A DNA stretch of 64,000 nt from Eledone cirrhosa (GCA_964016885.1 OZ024742.1:21514001-21578000); one strand, 5' to 3'. Counted from the first letter of the stretch, positions 1 to 14,582 are shown. Notes: generated from the sequence alone by a model not told the origin. Numbers and translations are program-made.

Positions 1-849
1 ATTTTCTACAATGAAATTCTGTTTATTATTTGAATTCTGTTTAATATTTGAAATGAAATAAAAGTGCCTGAAAACTATGTTTTGAAATTTTAGATCTGCT
101 TGTTAAACATAAATGCTTTCTGCATCAGCTTTCATATTATCTCTGCGTTTCACGCACCAAAACCTTATACAATTTCCGGATTTTCTGGGTTATTGTATTT
201 GAAATTCCCTAAATTAAGCAATTTATTAAGCATTATTTTCCATTTACTGACCTGTTGTCTATATTATATAAGATAATAACCCAAGAAGGAAAACGGGAGA
301 AATCTGCTATTAATTTTTCACCCTTGAATGCCTTTTTCGAATTGGGTTTTGAAATTGATTTGTTCAATATAATGTTAAACCTTTTGTTACTTCAAAATAA
401 AGAATGTTAGAAACATTTTCATCAATCTGATGTAATAGGCCATCTAATTACATCGATATATATATATATATTCATGTGTGTGTGTATGCATATGTATATA
501 TATATATATGTGTGTGTGTATATGATATATATATATATTTATTTATTAACATATCAGATTAAAACTTAAACAAAGAATAGCTGTTTTCACCCTTAACGGG
601 ATCTTATCGAACCCTCTTTGGATTTTAATCCACACATTTATTATTATTTCTATTGTTGAAGGTGAAGCCATGCTTCTTATTTATTTAAACCTGCAGTTTA
701 TTTTCAACAGTTTACCTCGTTTTCAATCGTTCTAAAAGTTTAGAAGTGACCCACCTAATACAGGGGTTCACTCGTAAATAATACGGCACCCCTTTACGGG
801 ATGTCGTATTGTGTAAAAATATTATTTTAAAAAAGAAATTTCTTTCAGC

Positions 850-2494
850 ATGGATAACAAAAGAAAGAGAGAGAGCGCTGTCAGACAACAGAGAGAGAGG
901 GAGACTTTGTCAGCATATCAACAAGACAGCGTTCCAGCGAGGGTAAATATAAAAGAAAATATTACGAAGGAAAAGAGGAAAATAGCATTTTTAATGATAT
1001 TGTTACAGATTTAAAGTTACCAAATATTTCTAACACAAACGACACCAACAATAACACCAACACCAACACCACCAATAACAACAGCAACAACAAAAACAAC
1101 AGCGGTAAAGTCGAGAACGACAATAACAATGACAATAACAACAGCCACAACAGTACCAACGAAAACATCAACAATGACATCGATACCTGTAACAGCGATC
1201 TCAGCACCACCAGTAGGACCAGTAGCGGCAGCAATAGTGGTGCTGCTGAAAAAGGTACCACTTCTTTTGCAGGTGTCACCCGAAATATCGAAACAGTGTT
1301 AGTCACAGAGGAGGAGATGACAGTCGCAAGGGACATGGTGACAAGAAGCGCAAATAGAGTTTCCTTGAAACCACCACACAATTTTTTCAAGGACCAGCAG
1401 CTACGGACGGTAACTTACCGCACCGTAAGCAAAATGTCACATCGGGTGGAGAGAGCCACGGAGGCTCAAATCCAGAAGGCCTTGGGGTGCGTCGGGGCTC
1501 GCAAGATCCACATCACCCGAGACAGAAAGTACGCCACAGTAGAGGTACATTTCACCACGCCCCAAGAAGCGAAGTCTCACTCTTTGGAAACCCTAAAGAG
1601 TGAGGAGATAGTCTTGGTGCCCTCCTACTGCGGGCAGAAAATTGTGAGGGTCAAAGCGAATAAGAAGGCCCCTCTCCTTCGATTACCTGGTCCGCTGCTA
1701 CCAAGAGCAGGGCAGGCAACAAACGCAGAAGCTCCTTCCACGGTGTGCATGAGGGCAACGTCCGGGGCACCCGTACCAAGGCCACGGACAACAAAAGCAG
1801 CAACATCAGTAGCGGCAACACCAGTAGCTACATTTGCAGTAGCTGCACCAGCAACAAAATTGCTGGAGAGGGATCTACTACCACCACCAACAACCGTGGA
1901 GCACATACCCCTCCCAGACGCCACGGAATCCGACATGGAGTTTGAGGCGGGAATGAAGTGGCCACAAAAAAACAAAAAACAAAAAAAAACGTTAGTTTCA
2001 ACCGCCAAAAGCGAAGGCACACAAGGAGACTTGCAGCAACACCACCACTATCACCATCACCAGCACTAGCACCACCGCCAACAAAAACCACACCACCAGC
2101 ATCACCAAAAATACCAACAACGCAAACAAAACAAAACACACACACCAAACAGCAACAAGAAAAAAACAGCAACAAAATCACCCCTCCCCTAAAATAGTAC
2201 ACAGCCATAAACATGACAAATAAAGAACTCATACAATATATAAAGCAGCACACAGACATCACAGAAAAGAACTACTACACCCCCACCAACACTATGAACT
2301 CTCCCGACAAACATAAGCATCTTCGAAATCTCAATAGAACAGTACAAACTTTTAAAACAAAAATTTCCCAACGCATTTGGAGACTTCAGATGGTCAGTTA
2401 CCAAGAGGATATACACTGACATCCTCTTGGAAACCCCCATGATCAGTCAAAGGGACGGTTCTACTGTCCCTTCACCACACGATCAAGGTAAGTG
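850..2494 (+). pseudogene. Copy A ORF1, disrupted; zinc-knuckle region deleted near 1655
   Basis: ATG at 850; ORF 1296-2069 is homologous to D/E ORF1; ends DGSTVPSPHDQGK-TGA. Confidence 0.8.
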
Positions 2495-2527
2495 ACCCTT
2501 TATCACTTTCCACGTTTCTCATCCAAC

Positions 2528-5500
2528 ATGGCCGTACTTGGAATAGGCAGTATAAATGAACGTGGCCTAGGTCATCTTGGAAGCAAGGTCACCTGCTCAA
2601 CGACCTCAGGTCACTAAACAGAGAGGTGGTGGCCATCAGTGAGATCAGAATCTCCGAAACACGAGCCTTCGCACCGATCTTCGGCGGCTACGATGTATAC
2701 GCATCTTCCAGCCATCCAGGATCGGAGAGGCTTGGATCTCGCCATACGGGCCATCTTCCTGGATCCAGAAGGTAATTCGGTGGTGCAGGACGTGACCGGC
2801 AGCGAAGGCAATGCTTTCAGGCTACTAGCCGTCTATGCCCCAACTGGAGCAGGATGGCCAGATTTCTTCAGACGTCTAGAGATCTTTCTTGGAACGTCCC
2901 GCTCTTTAGTGTTAGTGGGCGACTGGAACGGCATCTTGGATGCACGCTGGGATTGTGTGGGGCTAGTGGATAGGGGAGCAGGGTGCAAGAGCCTCACCAA
3001 CCTGCTCAGACGTTTTGAACTGTCTGACAGGTATCGACTGGATCACCTGAATGTGCCAAAGTGGACTTGGACAAACCGCATCGGATCATCCAGATCGTAT
3101 CTAGATAGGGTATTCTGCAGAGAACTAGATAAGGCTAGTATAAGTTGTCCACAATTTAAAATAGTCGACTACACAGACCACAAATTTGTGATCTGTGAGA
3201 TCGACATAGACTAACTTCATAGACGAGGACCTGGTTACTGGAAGCTGAACGCTTCTTTCCCGGCGTGCAAAGCCTACAGAGACCGGATTAGCGTATTAGT
3301 TAAGCGGGTTTTATTATTAGTTAAGCGGGTTTTATTATTAGTTAAGCGGGAATTAAAGTAGAGTCGATTAGGTTTAGTAAAGGACTAGTGATAGAGGAAA
3401 ATAGAATAGAGGGAGAGCTAGTCAGAAAGCTAGAAGAGGCGTTTAGGACAGGCATCGCAACCGACGTGCTTGCGGCGAGATTGGCACTCTACCAATTCTT
3501 CAACGCAAAACACGAATGCTGCGTTGTCAGAGCTAGAGCGCGTGCTCTGAAACACGAGGGGACGAAAGCTGTCCAATGGGCCCGGGTGGCAGAGGCGCGT
3601 TGTGGCAACAAAGCCACATTTCGGTCTTTATCTGACCAAAACGGGCGCGTGTTGCTCTAACCCGAGCAGATGTGTAAGGCTTTTCAGCAAAACTTTGCTG
3701 AACTGTTCGGGAGCAGCGGCGGGCCGGATCGGGGTATGCATTTCAGTGCATACCTCAATGGACTGTTTCGACTCTCGAAGACCGCATCACAGTGTTGCTA
3801 AAAGCCAATAAAAGCCGGTGAAATACGGGAAGCGATGGCTAACTGAACGAAGGGTAAATCGCCAGGTTTGTATGGTCTGCCCTACGAACTTTATGCATTT
3901 ATGTCAGACTTGTTCGGTGACCTTGGCAGACGTCTACTACAACTGGCAGCAGAACGGGAGTATTCCCAGTTTTGTGAGCCGGGGAGTGGTGGCGCTGCTG
4001 AGAAAAGAGGGATGTTATCGATAACTTCAGGTCCATAACCCTGCTAAATGCGGAGTTCAAGATTTTGGCCAAGGTGTTAGCAACGAGGTTGGTGCTTGTC
4101 GTCGGAGTTCTGGTGGGAGAGGCGCAGATATTCGCCATTCTGGACAGATCCATACACGACAATTTCCACCCATGCGATAGATCGTAGTGAGGGTGTTTAA
4201 GGAACCTGGCACGGGTGGGGCCCTGATCAACTTGGATCAATCCAAAGCATTCGATAGGGTCGACCATCGGTACTTGGAGGCGGTCCTCGAGGCAGCCGGT
4301 TTCGGGCCTGTTTTCAGGAGTTGGATCGCTGCAATGTACAGCGACATCTGCTCAGTTGTGAAGGCGAACGGTCACCTGTCGCAGCCGTTCAGCATCATGT
4401 GCTCAGTTCGCCAGGGTTGTCCCCTGTCGTCCCTCTTGTACATATTGTCTCTCGAGCCGTTACTGCACAAACTGGGGGCGATGAGGGGTGTCCCACGCGA
4501 ACTAGGATGCGGGAAATCCGAATCGGCTTACGCCGACGATGTCACCGTGGTGGTGTCGACCACCAGACACGTCCAGATGCTCGGCACTGCTCTCAAGTAA
4601 TACGAAGCTGTGACAGGAGCAAAGATAAACCACGAAAAGTCGGTGGGCTTGCAGCTCGGCACCTGGAGAGGCATGACCATGCCGTCCAACTGCGTCGTCG
4701 GGCGTTGGACGGACGGACGGTTAAATTTCTCGGGGTCTGGTTCGGACCGGACCTCCAGATGGATAAAAACTGGAGCGAGGTGACGAGCAGGGTGGCCTCC
4801 CTCATCCAGAAATGAGCCGAGAGGAAGCTGTCCTTGAAAGGCCGGACGGAGGTCGCGAATGCGTACATCACATCCGTCATCTGCTACTGCCTCACCGTTG
4901 CCCCTTGCTCCGGCCCACCTCTCACCAAAATGGAGCGCCTCCTCTTCCGCTTTTTGTGGAGGGACGCGCTCGCATGGTCAGACGAACCATCTGCTGTCAA
5001 CACCCGTTGCGTGGAGGACTGGGCATGTCACGGCTGATGATGCGCAAATATACGCTGAGGCTGCGACATCTCTGGTGCTTCCTTGACGGTGAACAGGTGT
5101 GGTCGCCGTACGCCAGGCACGTTTTCCCACAGCTCGTCTCCTTGATAGAGCTGCAGTCCTGGGGCAGGAAAAGACCGAGGGATAGCGCTTGGAAACTGGA
5201 ATGTCTCTAGGCACTCATCGCCCTCTGCCAGCTGGGCACCAATATCAGTGGAACATCCACCTCGGCGTTCTATAGAGGACTAGTGGAGGGGAAGCGCGAC
5301 TATGTTCTTAGAGAGATCCTAGGCATCGAAGAAGATCAGCTGTTTGCTCTCTTCCGGAGAACTTTCAGCCCAGGGCCTATGGATAACTTCCAAAAGTCCC
5401 TGGCCTGGCAGTGTTACCGGGGAGCGCTGCCGGTTCGAGATGAGCTCTACAGGCACGGAAGTGCCGTCAGCCGAGCCTGTCCGAGATGCGCGCAAAGCGA

Positions 5501-5857
5501 CGAAACCGTCGTGCACGCACTCGTTCAGTGCCCGAGCATTGCTGACTTGTGGAGCTATGTCTAACAGTTGCTGTCGCGTGTAGGATTGATCCGGTTATCG
5601 ACTGAGTCGATTGTGCAGATGGTCTCGCCGTCTTCCTTCGAGGAGGAAGGGCAGACGGTTTTCATCAGCCTGGTGGCCATGGCGAAAGAGATTGTGTGGT
5701 GGACAAGGTTGAAAGGGTTAAATACAGATAATTCCTCTTCGGCGAATCCCTAATTAACTTTTTCAAGTTTCACTTGAATAGGAAAATCAGGGTGGAGAGT
5801 GCTGCCTTCTAGCAAGTTTGTTGAAAGGTGGGTGAATGTAGCGAGAATGGTCCGAGC
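2528..5857 (+). pseudogene. Copy A ORF2 (APE endonuclease-RT-zinc finger), disrupted
   Basis: ORF fragments 2639-3214, 3388-3660, 4187-4600, 4812-5210, 5283-5564 and 5568-5753 match successive parts of the 1139-aa ORF2. Confidence 0.9.
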
Positions 5858-6083
5858 TGCCTAATTTCGATATCGAGTGAGTCAGTCGTCCGGGCATACT
5901 AATATTTAGGTATCAGCCGTACTAAGAGTGAGAAATGAAATTTCGTTTCATTCCTTTCCATTTATCGTTTTCGGTATGCCCGGCCGACTAACTCACTCGA
6001 TATGCAAATTGGGCTGCTCAGCCGTTAATATGCATAAGGAAAGTATATACTTTCAGACGTTCAATCATCTGACAGAAAGGTAT

Positions 6084-6126
6084 ACGATGCTGACGATAGC
6101 TAATAAGCTTGAAACTAGTAAATCGT
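6084..6126 (+). ncRNA. Minimal type I hammerhead ribozyme
   Basis: ACGATG-CTGACGA-TAGCT AATA AGCTT-GAAAC TA GTA-AATCGT: core, stem II, palindromic stem III, stem I ACGAT/ATCGT, extended by CTGACA/TGTCAG. Confidence 0.75.
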
Positions 6127-6400
6127 TCCTGTGTCAGTGTTGAACAAAAGGGCGACGATGGTTGCCGAGCACTGTACGGCGTAATTCGGGCTGTTTTTTT
6201 ACAAACAAACCGAACATTATAATAAATGTTCAGTAAGCCCATACGTACATATATATATATGTGTGCATGTATGTATATATATACATACTACTGTACGTCT
6301 GTATACATATATGTATGTACGTATACATACTTATATATATATATAAATCAAGAAAGAAGGGTGACACGGTTTGCTATACAATAAGGGCTTTAATTACATT

Positions 6401-6507
6401 GCTGACAATTGTTTCTCTGAACTGGTAGGTGTAGAGATCGCTACGCGCCTATTTCTGCGTCAATCGATCACCAATACATAGTTATAACCAGTCAATTCAT
6501 CAGAGCT
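6401..6507 (-). ncRNA. Type I hammerhead ribozyme with long stem II insertion
   Basis: Minus strand GCT-CTGATGA-ATTGACTGGT...ACCAGTTCAGA-GAAAC AATT GTC-AGC. Confidence 0.65.
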
Positions 6508-7417
6508 TGCGAGATTGAAGGGAATACACAGGCATGGCTTCTATATATAGTAGTGGCATTAAATCAGAACAATAATAACAATACTAACAATGCTAGCAAT
6601 AAATTAGTTGAAATAATCACAACATCAATCTAAGTAAGACTTATGACTTTAGCATGTAAAACGAGCTGATATGAGGCAGATGTATTAAATTGACATGTAA
6701 AAGCTGTCATGGGTGTATTATATATAGTGTAGAGATAAGCCGGGGCTTTAAACAATGTACCATTTCCTTTACCGTAGGTTTGCTGACCGTAAGAATTATT
6801 TATTATCTGACAGATAAAATATTTTCATTGTAGTGAGGATAGTAATTGTTATGTGGTGTAAAGCGGATTCAATATTTAAGTGGTCTATATTAGATGAAGG
6901 GATTGTTAGTTCGAATCATGGGGTTGTTTAGCTTTCACATCATCAATAACATGCATCTAAAAGATAACATCAACAGAGTAGCAATATAATAGGCAAGTTA
7001 ATACAGAGGTTAAGGAAGCAATATATATATATGGAGAGAAAACATGCTGACTACAATTATAACAACAGGAAGAAGGTGATGTTTTACGGACTGTGGTAGT
7101 ATTCTAATAATGTACTTGGATTTAGTTTCATCTGTTGAGAATCAAGGGTGAGGAAGTTGTGTTGACAGCAGCTGAGAAGAGATATATTTATGGGTTGATA
7201 AGATATTTGCAGACATTATTGTGGTATAGAATTAAGGAGGCTAGAAGCTGCTTAAAGAATATTATAGTTCTGTGGTGGTCTGTGTGAGAGTGTGGATTTC
7301 ATATGTTGAATGCTAAGTTATGTTGGTTGGATTCACGGTGTCTTAAACATTGTGAATTTAGTACCGATCCTATGTCTGCATCTAAGTGGACTACCTATGA
7401 CAATAATTTGTTATCCC

Positions 7418-7482
<65 letters not shown>

Positions 7483-8286
7483 TTACGAAAATCTATGATG
7501 ATATTTCACCGATTTCCAGCCATGACCCACTATATGAATCTATAAGATTGCAGTAATGAAACAGCTTCCCGTTGTTCAGAGTGCACACATTTTGGCTAAT
7601 AGCAAGTGCAGTGGGTGTGTTTTTTTTTGGTGCAGATACATTATGTATCTAGGTTATACCATATAAGGTTACACTAATTAAGTGATACATTCAATCACGT
7701 ACATCACCAATCCACCACAGAAATATGTTGATGCATATATATACAGATATATACACAGAACACAGATAGATATTAAAGATAATAGAATTTAAATTTAATT
7801 ACCTGACCAAATACCTAACATAAGCACACACACCATCCGACTCGAGTATTTTTGTCATAAACACCACAGTTCCATCAAGACTACCTAATTACCTGCCCCA
7901 CCATTATATATAAATGTCTTATATCTATATGGCAGACGCTGATCCTCAGAATTCCCAAGTAGATCATTTTTTTTTTCTAAATACATTTTATATATATCCA
8001 ATCAATTTATAATTGCTCCCACTGACAATATGCTGACTGAGATAAATAAAGTCCAGACAGCTAAATTTATTTTCCATTCAACCATCGAACTAATTTAAAT
8101 ATGACATGACAGTTAGGCTAGCATGTAATGAGGAATATTCAGTTTACTGTTATTTATATATCCAGTACAAACTTGAAAAAAAAGAGCTCTTTGAAATAGT
8201 TATATTTTATATATATGAGTGTGTTTGTATATATATATATATGTGTGAGAAGGTGGGGGTGCCGGACACTGGAATCAATAACTCTT

Positions 8287-8326
<40 letters not shown>

Positions 8327-8550
8327 CATACTAAGAGCTATTGATTCCAGAGTGGGGCACGATCGATACAGATCGAACCTTGAGCTGATCAAACGCGAGT
8401 CGTACGCTCGCACATACATGAACATTAATAAAAGATAAATAATTTCCCCTGTACGACAATAAACACGGGTTTTCCGTTGTCTTACATCTACGAATATCCT
8501 ACATAAATATACATACATATATATCTATTCACATATAGACACACATACAC

Positions 8551-8634
<84 letters not shown>

Positions 8635-8656
8635 TGGGTGTATGTGTGTGGGTGAA

Positions 8657-8689
<33 letters not shown>

Positions 8690-10009
8690 GTGCGTGCGTG
8701 TGTGATTGCACGCGCGCGCATGTGTGTGGGTGTGTGTGTGTAATTGTGTGTGGCATTCTCTCAATAAACATTCATTTAAGTTGCTATCAAATGTGTTAAG
8801 TGTTCGGTGAATAAACAAGGAATCGATAGGGACGTGTTTTCCCAAATGTTTTCGTTTCCGAAGGTTAAAAGTTCTGTTAATGACATCTCCTTCATCTCAT
8901 ACCCACTTTAGCTATTAGGCTGTCAAACATTGCAAAACAATTGATATATAGTGAGGAATTATCACTATCAACACTAAGGTACATATAGACAAGCGGAGTA
9001 GTGCTCTGTCCCCAATTTCTCTTATTGTAGCGTGCTTTAGAAACGTTTAAGTGCCCTGTTTATCCCATTATCCCAGCTAAATATAAACTGGATTGAAATT
9101 ACTCATGATTGTTTACATGAAATTATGTACCTTGTCTTTAATTATCGTGAAATCTGTCGTTCTAGGCAATGCTTTTTAAATTAGATTTGATGGTTAACTA
9201 ACGTCTATGGAAATGGTTTATTTGAAAGTAAATCAGTCAATGTTTCGCGTAACCCCGACAATATTTGAATTCAGATCATAAATAACTCGTTGAAAATATA
9301 GACACATTCAATGTAAGCAATGAAATATATAATAAATTTGTATAGAATATACATTATTGTAAGAACTTTTCTGCTCACCATTTGTATTTGATTGTGTCAA
9401 TTTCGTGTGGTATAATAATTGTGTCGACAGTAAAATCATTCCATTGGTGCACCAAACCACTTCAAATGAAATACAGGGCAATGTCCTTCATGTGTGAACA
9501 CACTATGGAGTCGATCTAAAGATGGAGTGGGTGTATCTATTGCTTGGAAAACGAAAGAAACACTTAAGGCAATATACGGCTAAGGAGACATTTTAAGGCC
9601 GTTGCTGTTAGATAACCCTTTAACTTAAGAATGACATTATTTGTTATATTTGCCAATCCACTGCGCCCCCTATACTGGGGTGCGGGGTGCATAGCGACGG
9701 TTGTAGCAATTTATTTGTGCCCTCAGCTGATATTTTCTAGTTTTAGGATGGTTAGTATTTTTAAATTTAATACCTGTATGTATAACTTTTCAATTTCAAT
9801 TATTTGCACCAAGCTTACATTTATATCTAAAATTAGGGAAGGGTTTGCTGTGTATTTTATTGTTTTGTGTACCCCCCCCCCCCGCCATCGGTATAAATTC
9901 AACCTTGGTCATGACATACATTCCACTAATCTTTTTGTTTCTGCTAATTTGACAGGCCAAGACCATTTGTAATGGTGAGACAATTTAAGTAATAATGACC
10001 TGCTAGCAG

Positions 10010-10186
10010 TGAATTGGCAGTATCGGTAGAGGGTCGGACATGCTTTCCAGCATAGTTAGGCCCCGTTACGATCAAATCCCGCCGAGCTTAACTTCTGCCT
10101 TTCATCCTCACGGGGTCGATAAAATAAAGTACCAGTAATGTACTGGGATAATTGCTGGCCTTGTGCCAAAAGTAGAAACAATTATA
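10010..10186 (+). mobile_element. tRNA-derived SINE with Nin/Deu-like core
   Basis: A box TGGCAGTATCGG, core GCCTTTCATCCTCACGGGGTCGATAAAATAAAGTACCAG, 3' GGCCTTGTGCCAAAAGTAGAAACAATTAT. Confidence 0.85.
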
Positions 10187-10600
10187 TATTTCTTATATAT
10201 GGTAATGTATAAGGTCATATAATATTGAATTTGTGTTGTAATGTAACATATCTATGATGTGATATTTACTGTAGTTGCTATATATCATATCATATGTATG
10301 GTAAGTTATGAGGTGTTATATCATTTTCACTGTGCATGATAAATTATAAGCCATTTTCTGTAATCGTCCATATAGTGAAACATGAAATGTTGTATGTTAT
10401 TCACTGAGTACAATATGGTTTGGGCTGCTATGTGGTATCATCTATGAGAGGTAATGCATGATATGTTAAATGATATCCACTCTGAATAGAATCTTTAGAT
10501 CTATTATCTAATATCCACTGTATGTAAACGTATATCATATGTGGTGTCTTCTGTGTAAATTAACGTAATTGTTTTAAGATATCTGTTCTCTATATGAATG

Positions 10601-10771
10601 TACGAGAGTCGCCTGAAAAGTTCATAGGCTGATCAAGATATTCTCATGGAATGACCAAATGAGGTTTTTATTTTCCAAATAGTCTCTGGAAAGAAACAAT
10701 TATAAAAACAATTGAAATATTGCATACAAGCTTTCACAGTCAGCCTATACACTTTTCAGCTTCCCCTCTTA
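10601..10771. mobile_element. Tc1/mariner-like MITE
   Basis: Imperfect TIRs TACGAGAGTCGCCTGAAAAGTTCATAGGCTGA / TCAGCCTATACACTTTTCAGCTTCCCCTCTTA with TA ends. Confidence 0.65.
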
Positions 10772-12799
10772 TGATCACTCATATGATATCCTCAATATAT
10801 GGCAGCTGTTTTAAGATACCAACAACATATGGTAAAATATGCGATTTTATATGCTATATCTCTATGCATATTATATGAGTTATTGCGTGATGTCCTCTAC
10901 ATATGGCAACCTAATGTATTTGAAATTCTCTTCACATAAGCTTGCATTTTTATTTTCGTTTTTTGACATTCAACCACTTTCCTTCTATCATTACAGTCAT
11001 TTTATATTTTATATTTTCACTGCAGAGATTTGTTGTCATATTCTGATCTTAGATTTGACATATACTCTAAACGTTTGCATATATGCGAGCATTAGAGAAA
11101 TATCATACATATTTTTTCAAAACTTTATCTCGCGTTATTTATATTTCTTCATTTCAGCATCAGACCTGGGATGAAGATTGTAAACTCTCAACATTCCAGC
11201 CTTTTTCCGATAGGTTTGTCTCAGAGCTCAAGCAGTGGAAACATCTGACATCATTTATCCTCTAAACATTTCCCTAATTATTGTGATCTGGATGGAGATG
11301 GTCCTCAGAGAGAATGAGTCCCGCGAATTCTACTGTCTCTTTAATCGTAAATTCCTCACCATCTCCCAGGGCAACGCGTTCATCAATCTCTCCAACGGGA
11401 ACATGAGGCAAAAGTTACATATTTGTTGCATCGATATAGTGGTTATAATATTGATACACATAAATATACAGGGTGAATCATAAGTCACCAGTCAATCCAA
11501 CATCTATAAAGCCATATGATAATATTTACTAAACTTCTGGCCATAAACAACGAGGTAATACTATATTAAACCGAAGTAGATAAAAATATATAATTAACAT
11601 AGTTTATACAATTTCTGAAAATCTGTCTATATAGTTCAATTCATAATTTAATGAAAAACTTTAAATGTTTGTGTGACATCCATGTATTTCTCACATGCAT
11701 TTGGGATTGAATGAAAGTGAACGTGTCTAAACTGAGGATATATTAGATATAAATTAATACAAACTATATATATTTTAAGTTGGATTTATCAATAGGTACA
11801 TTTTCTATTGTTAATAACAGATTTCCTCGAAATGTTGAGTAAACAGATTTGAAATATCAAAGTCCATCAATCATTTAATGTGAATGTCACTGACTCAAAT
11901 GATATTTATATGTTACAAGTCGTATTCAAAATTATTTTCAATATTAACTCATTAGATTCGACAGAGAATTAGCAGTAAATGAACAGTAGACATCAGATAT
12001 AAAAGTTGAATAGAAATTTTCATGAAACGTGTCTATTTTTAATATAATTTTTAAGTCAGACATTTTTAGTTTAGTAAACATATTGAGTTAATAGAGCTCG
12101 ATCAATAAATACATTCATACATGCCAAAATTTATGTTAAATGGATCCAAGGAAATGTTAAAGGTTACTTCAGATAATATTCTATAATTGTATATCATAAT
12201 GGTAATGAAGAAAATACCATATTTTTACTGGCAAAGGAAACTATAAAATGAACTGATCTAGCAATGTATTTCATACATATAATATTACACCATATCCAAT
12301 CATATATAATGAGAAATTCTTTTTTATATTAGTGGTTGAAGACAAACTTAGGGTTCATCCTCAGAAATGATTGATATTTGGGATTGTTATGTACACATTA
12401 GTTTATTTTAACTTTTATACAGTTTTCTAATCCTAGATTTCAAATAAATTACGAACACTTACTTCTTGACATACGGTGTGTCCTGGGTATTCGAGACCTT
12501 GTTCAGACATTCTTTCAGTAGGTGGAAACACAATTGATTTCTTCCAAAGGGAGAGAGTGACAAAGACAGGGGTGGGATGATGAATCTATCCCAATATTTT
12601 ATCGACCTCGAAATGTTTCTCGAAGGCATACAAGGCTTGTTCGATGTTCGGAACTCACAGTACATATGTTATATCAGCTCGAACAAAAAGCACTAACCCC
12701 ATTATCACTCTCGCATCACTCAACTCTCGCACCTCATGTTAACCACAACAATTCATGCATTCCAGAATCCTCATAATGTTTATTACCAACATTACTATT

Positions 12800-13345
12800 A
12801 CCAATATCACCATGTTAATATTATAGGCTGAATATTATCATTAACATCTTCAACGGAATCACCATGACAGTTACCAGCATTATCATCCTCATCAACGTCG
12901 ATCATCTTGATAATCTGTAGCATCGTCACAAATACGACCGCCGTCGTCACCTCAACCACGACCATCATATACATCGCTATCGTCATTACACATATCACCA
13001 CAGCCATCATCATCATCAACATTGGCATCATGATCGCCATCATAATCTTCACCATAACTCTCTCTACCAACATCCCCACCACAGCCAACACGACGACACC
13101 GCCGTCGCCTCTTCAGCCGTCGGTGGCACAAGCATCACGCCATCATCGGCATCACCATCACTATCATCATGACAATTACCATCACCACCACCACAATCAT
13201 CTCCACTCTCACGATGATCCCCACTACTAGCACCACCACCATCACCACCATCACCACCATCACCACCACCACCACCACCATCACTACCGCCTTCACCAAC
13301 ATCAACATTATCGTCGTTATCATTATTAGCATCATCATAACCAGC
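12800..13345. repeat. Degenerate (CAT/CAC)n low-complexity tract
   Basis: Direct inspection. Confidence 0.9.
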
Positions 13346-14582
13346 ATTCTAGTCATAATTGAAATCGAATGTTCATTAGTAATTTGTTGCAATAGGTTCA
13401 ATAGAAGACTGTTTCGTGGTAGAATATAATATTGGCAAGAAGTTATTTACATTGTGTCTTGGGGGAATCAACAATTATTAGCTTATAATTTAGTTACAAC
13501 AATCCCCATCTCATCGACTCAACTTCGAAATGGAATTAAAGCCATTATTTTCTCATGTTCTAAAACTGTTTTGTTTTAGCGCTAACCAGAACATCATATA
13601 AAGTAGCACAACTCTTCTGCCCATTAGATAAATGATTCGACAAGCTATATTGTTTCGTTTTTCAATTCAAACCCGAGTTTCATATATTACACATTATTGG
13701 GAATACTTATTAGCTAAAAAGAAATTGAACATTAATTATTCAAGATAAAACAATTCCCCCGCTTATATTAGCAAATTCTAATTTAAAAATGAATTGCCAA
13801 TTACTTTGTCATGGATTAGTTGGCATTAAAGTCATTATATGACCTTTGTCGATATCAAGTTTATATACTCGACTTTAATCATTGCAATCTTTGAAAATGA
13901 TTCACTTTGAAGAATAAATAAATACACTAACGAAATATTTGCTAAAATTAAGAAATAATATAAAAGCTAAATTATTAAATTTTCGCCATCAATTAGTTTA
14001 TATTCTATTTCATATTATGTTACATGCATTCAAGTCCAACATTCAAGTTATATTTGTTAGTTATTCATTTTAGAATTTTAGAAAATGTCGATAAAGTTCA
14101 TACGTCTAAGTGTTTCAGAATTTTGTTTAATTTTAGAAAGTTTATTGAATTTTAATAAAGTTATAGTTGTTTGAATTTTCTTATATTTATTTTCTTCTAT
14201 TTAAGAAATCTTAATTACTTCGTAATTTTGAGAATTAAGAATATTATTATTTGAAAGAGTAATTACTGGAATATTATTTAGAATTTAGAAAAGTATTTGC
14301 TTCACTAGCAATAATTGAAATTTTACAATATGTAGGACAGTTCGATATCTTCATAGGATAAGAGTGGAAATTTCATTGATAAACATTTAAATTAGTGCAT
14401 TAAAATAAATGTTAAACTTTGTTCACGTTAAAGTTGCCGATCTATAAAAACGTGCACAATGCTATCAATACCTCGATCTATACATTATGTTATACTCTTC
14501 TCTTACTATGTCTGGACATAGCTCCCAATGTTAGACGTTATTATGAGAAATAAAAATATACTTATTTATCCAAACTAGTATG

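Larger units (their letters stand above)
750..5857 (+). mobile_element. Degenerate Tx1-like (L1 clade) non-LTR retrotransposon, copy A; near full-length, 3'UTR and tail missing
   Basis: ORF1 remnants (RTVTYRT, RVERATEAQIQKALG, LVPSYCGQ) and ORF2 remnants (GDWNG, LDQSKAFDRVDH, RQGCPLS, YADD, CPRC..ET..H..C) are collinear with copies D/E. Many stops and frameshifts. 5' boundary approximate. Confidence 0.92.

Noticed and set aside
3293-3350. Triple TATTAGTTAAGCGGG repeat in copy A
   Set aside because: Local slippage or repair scar in a dead element.
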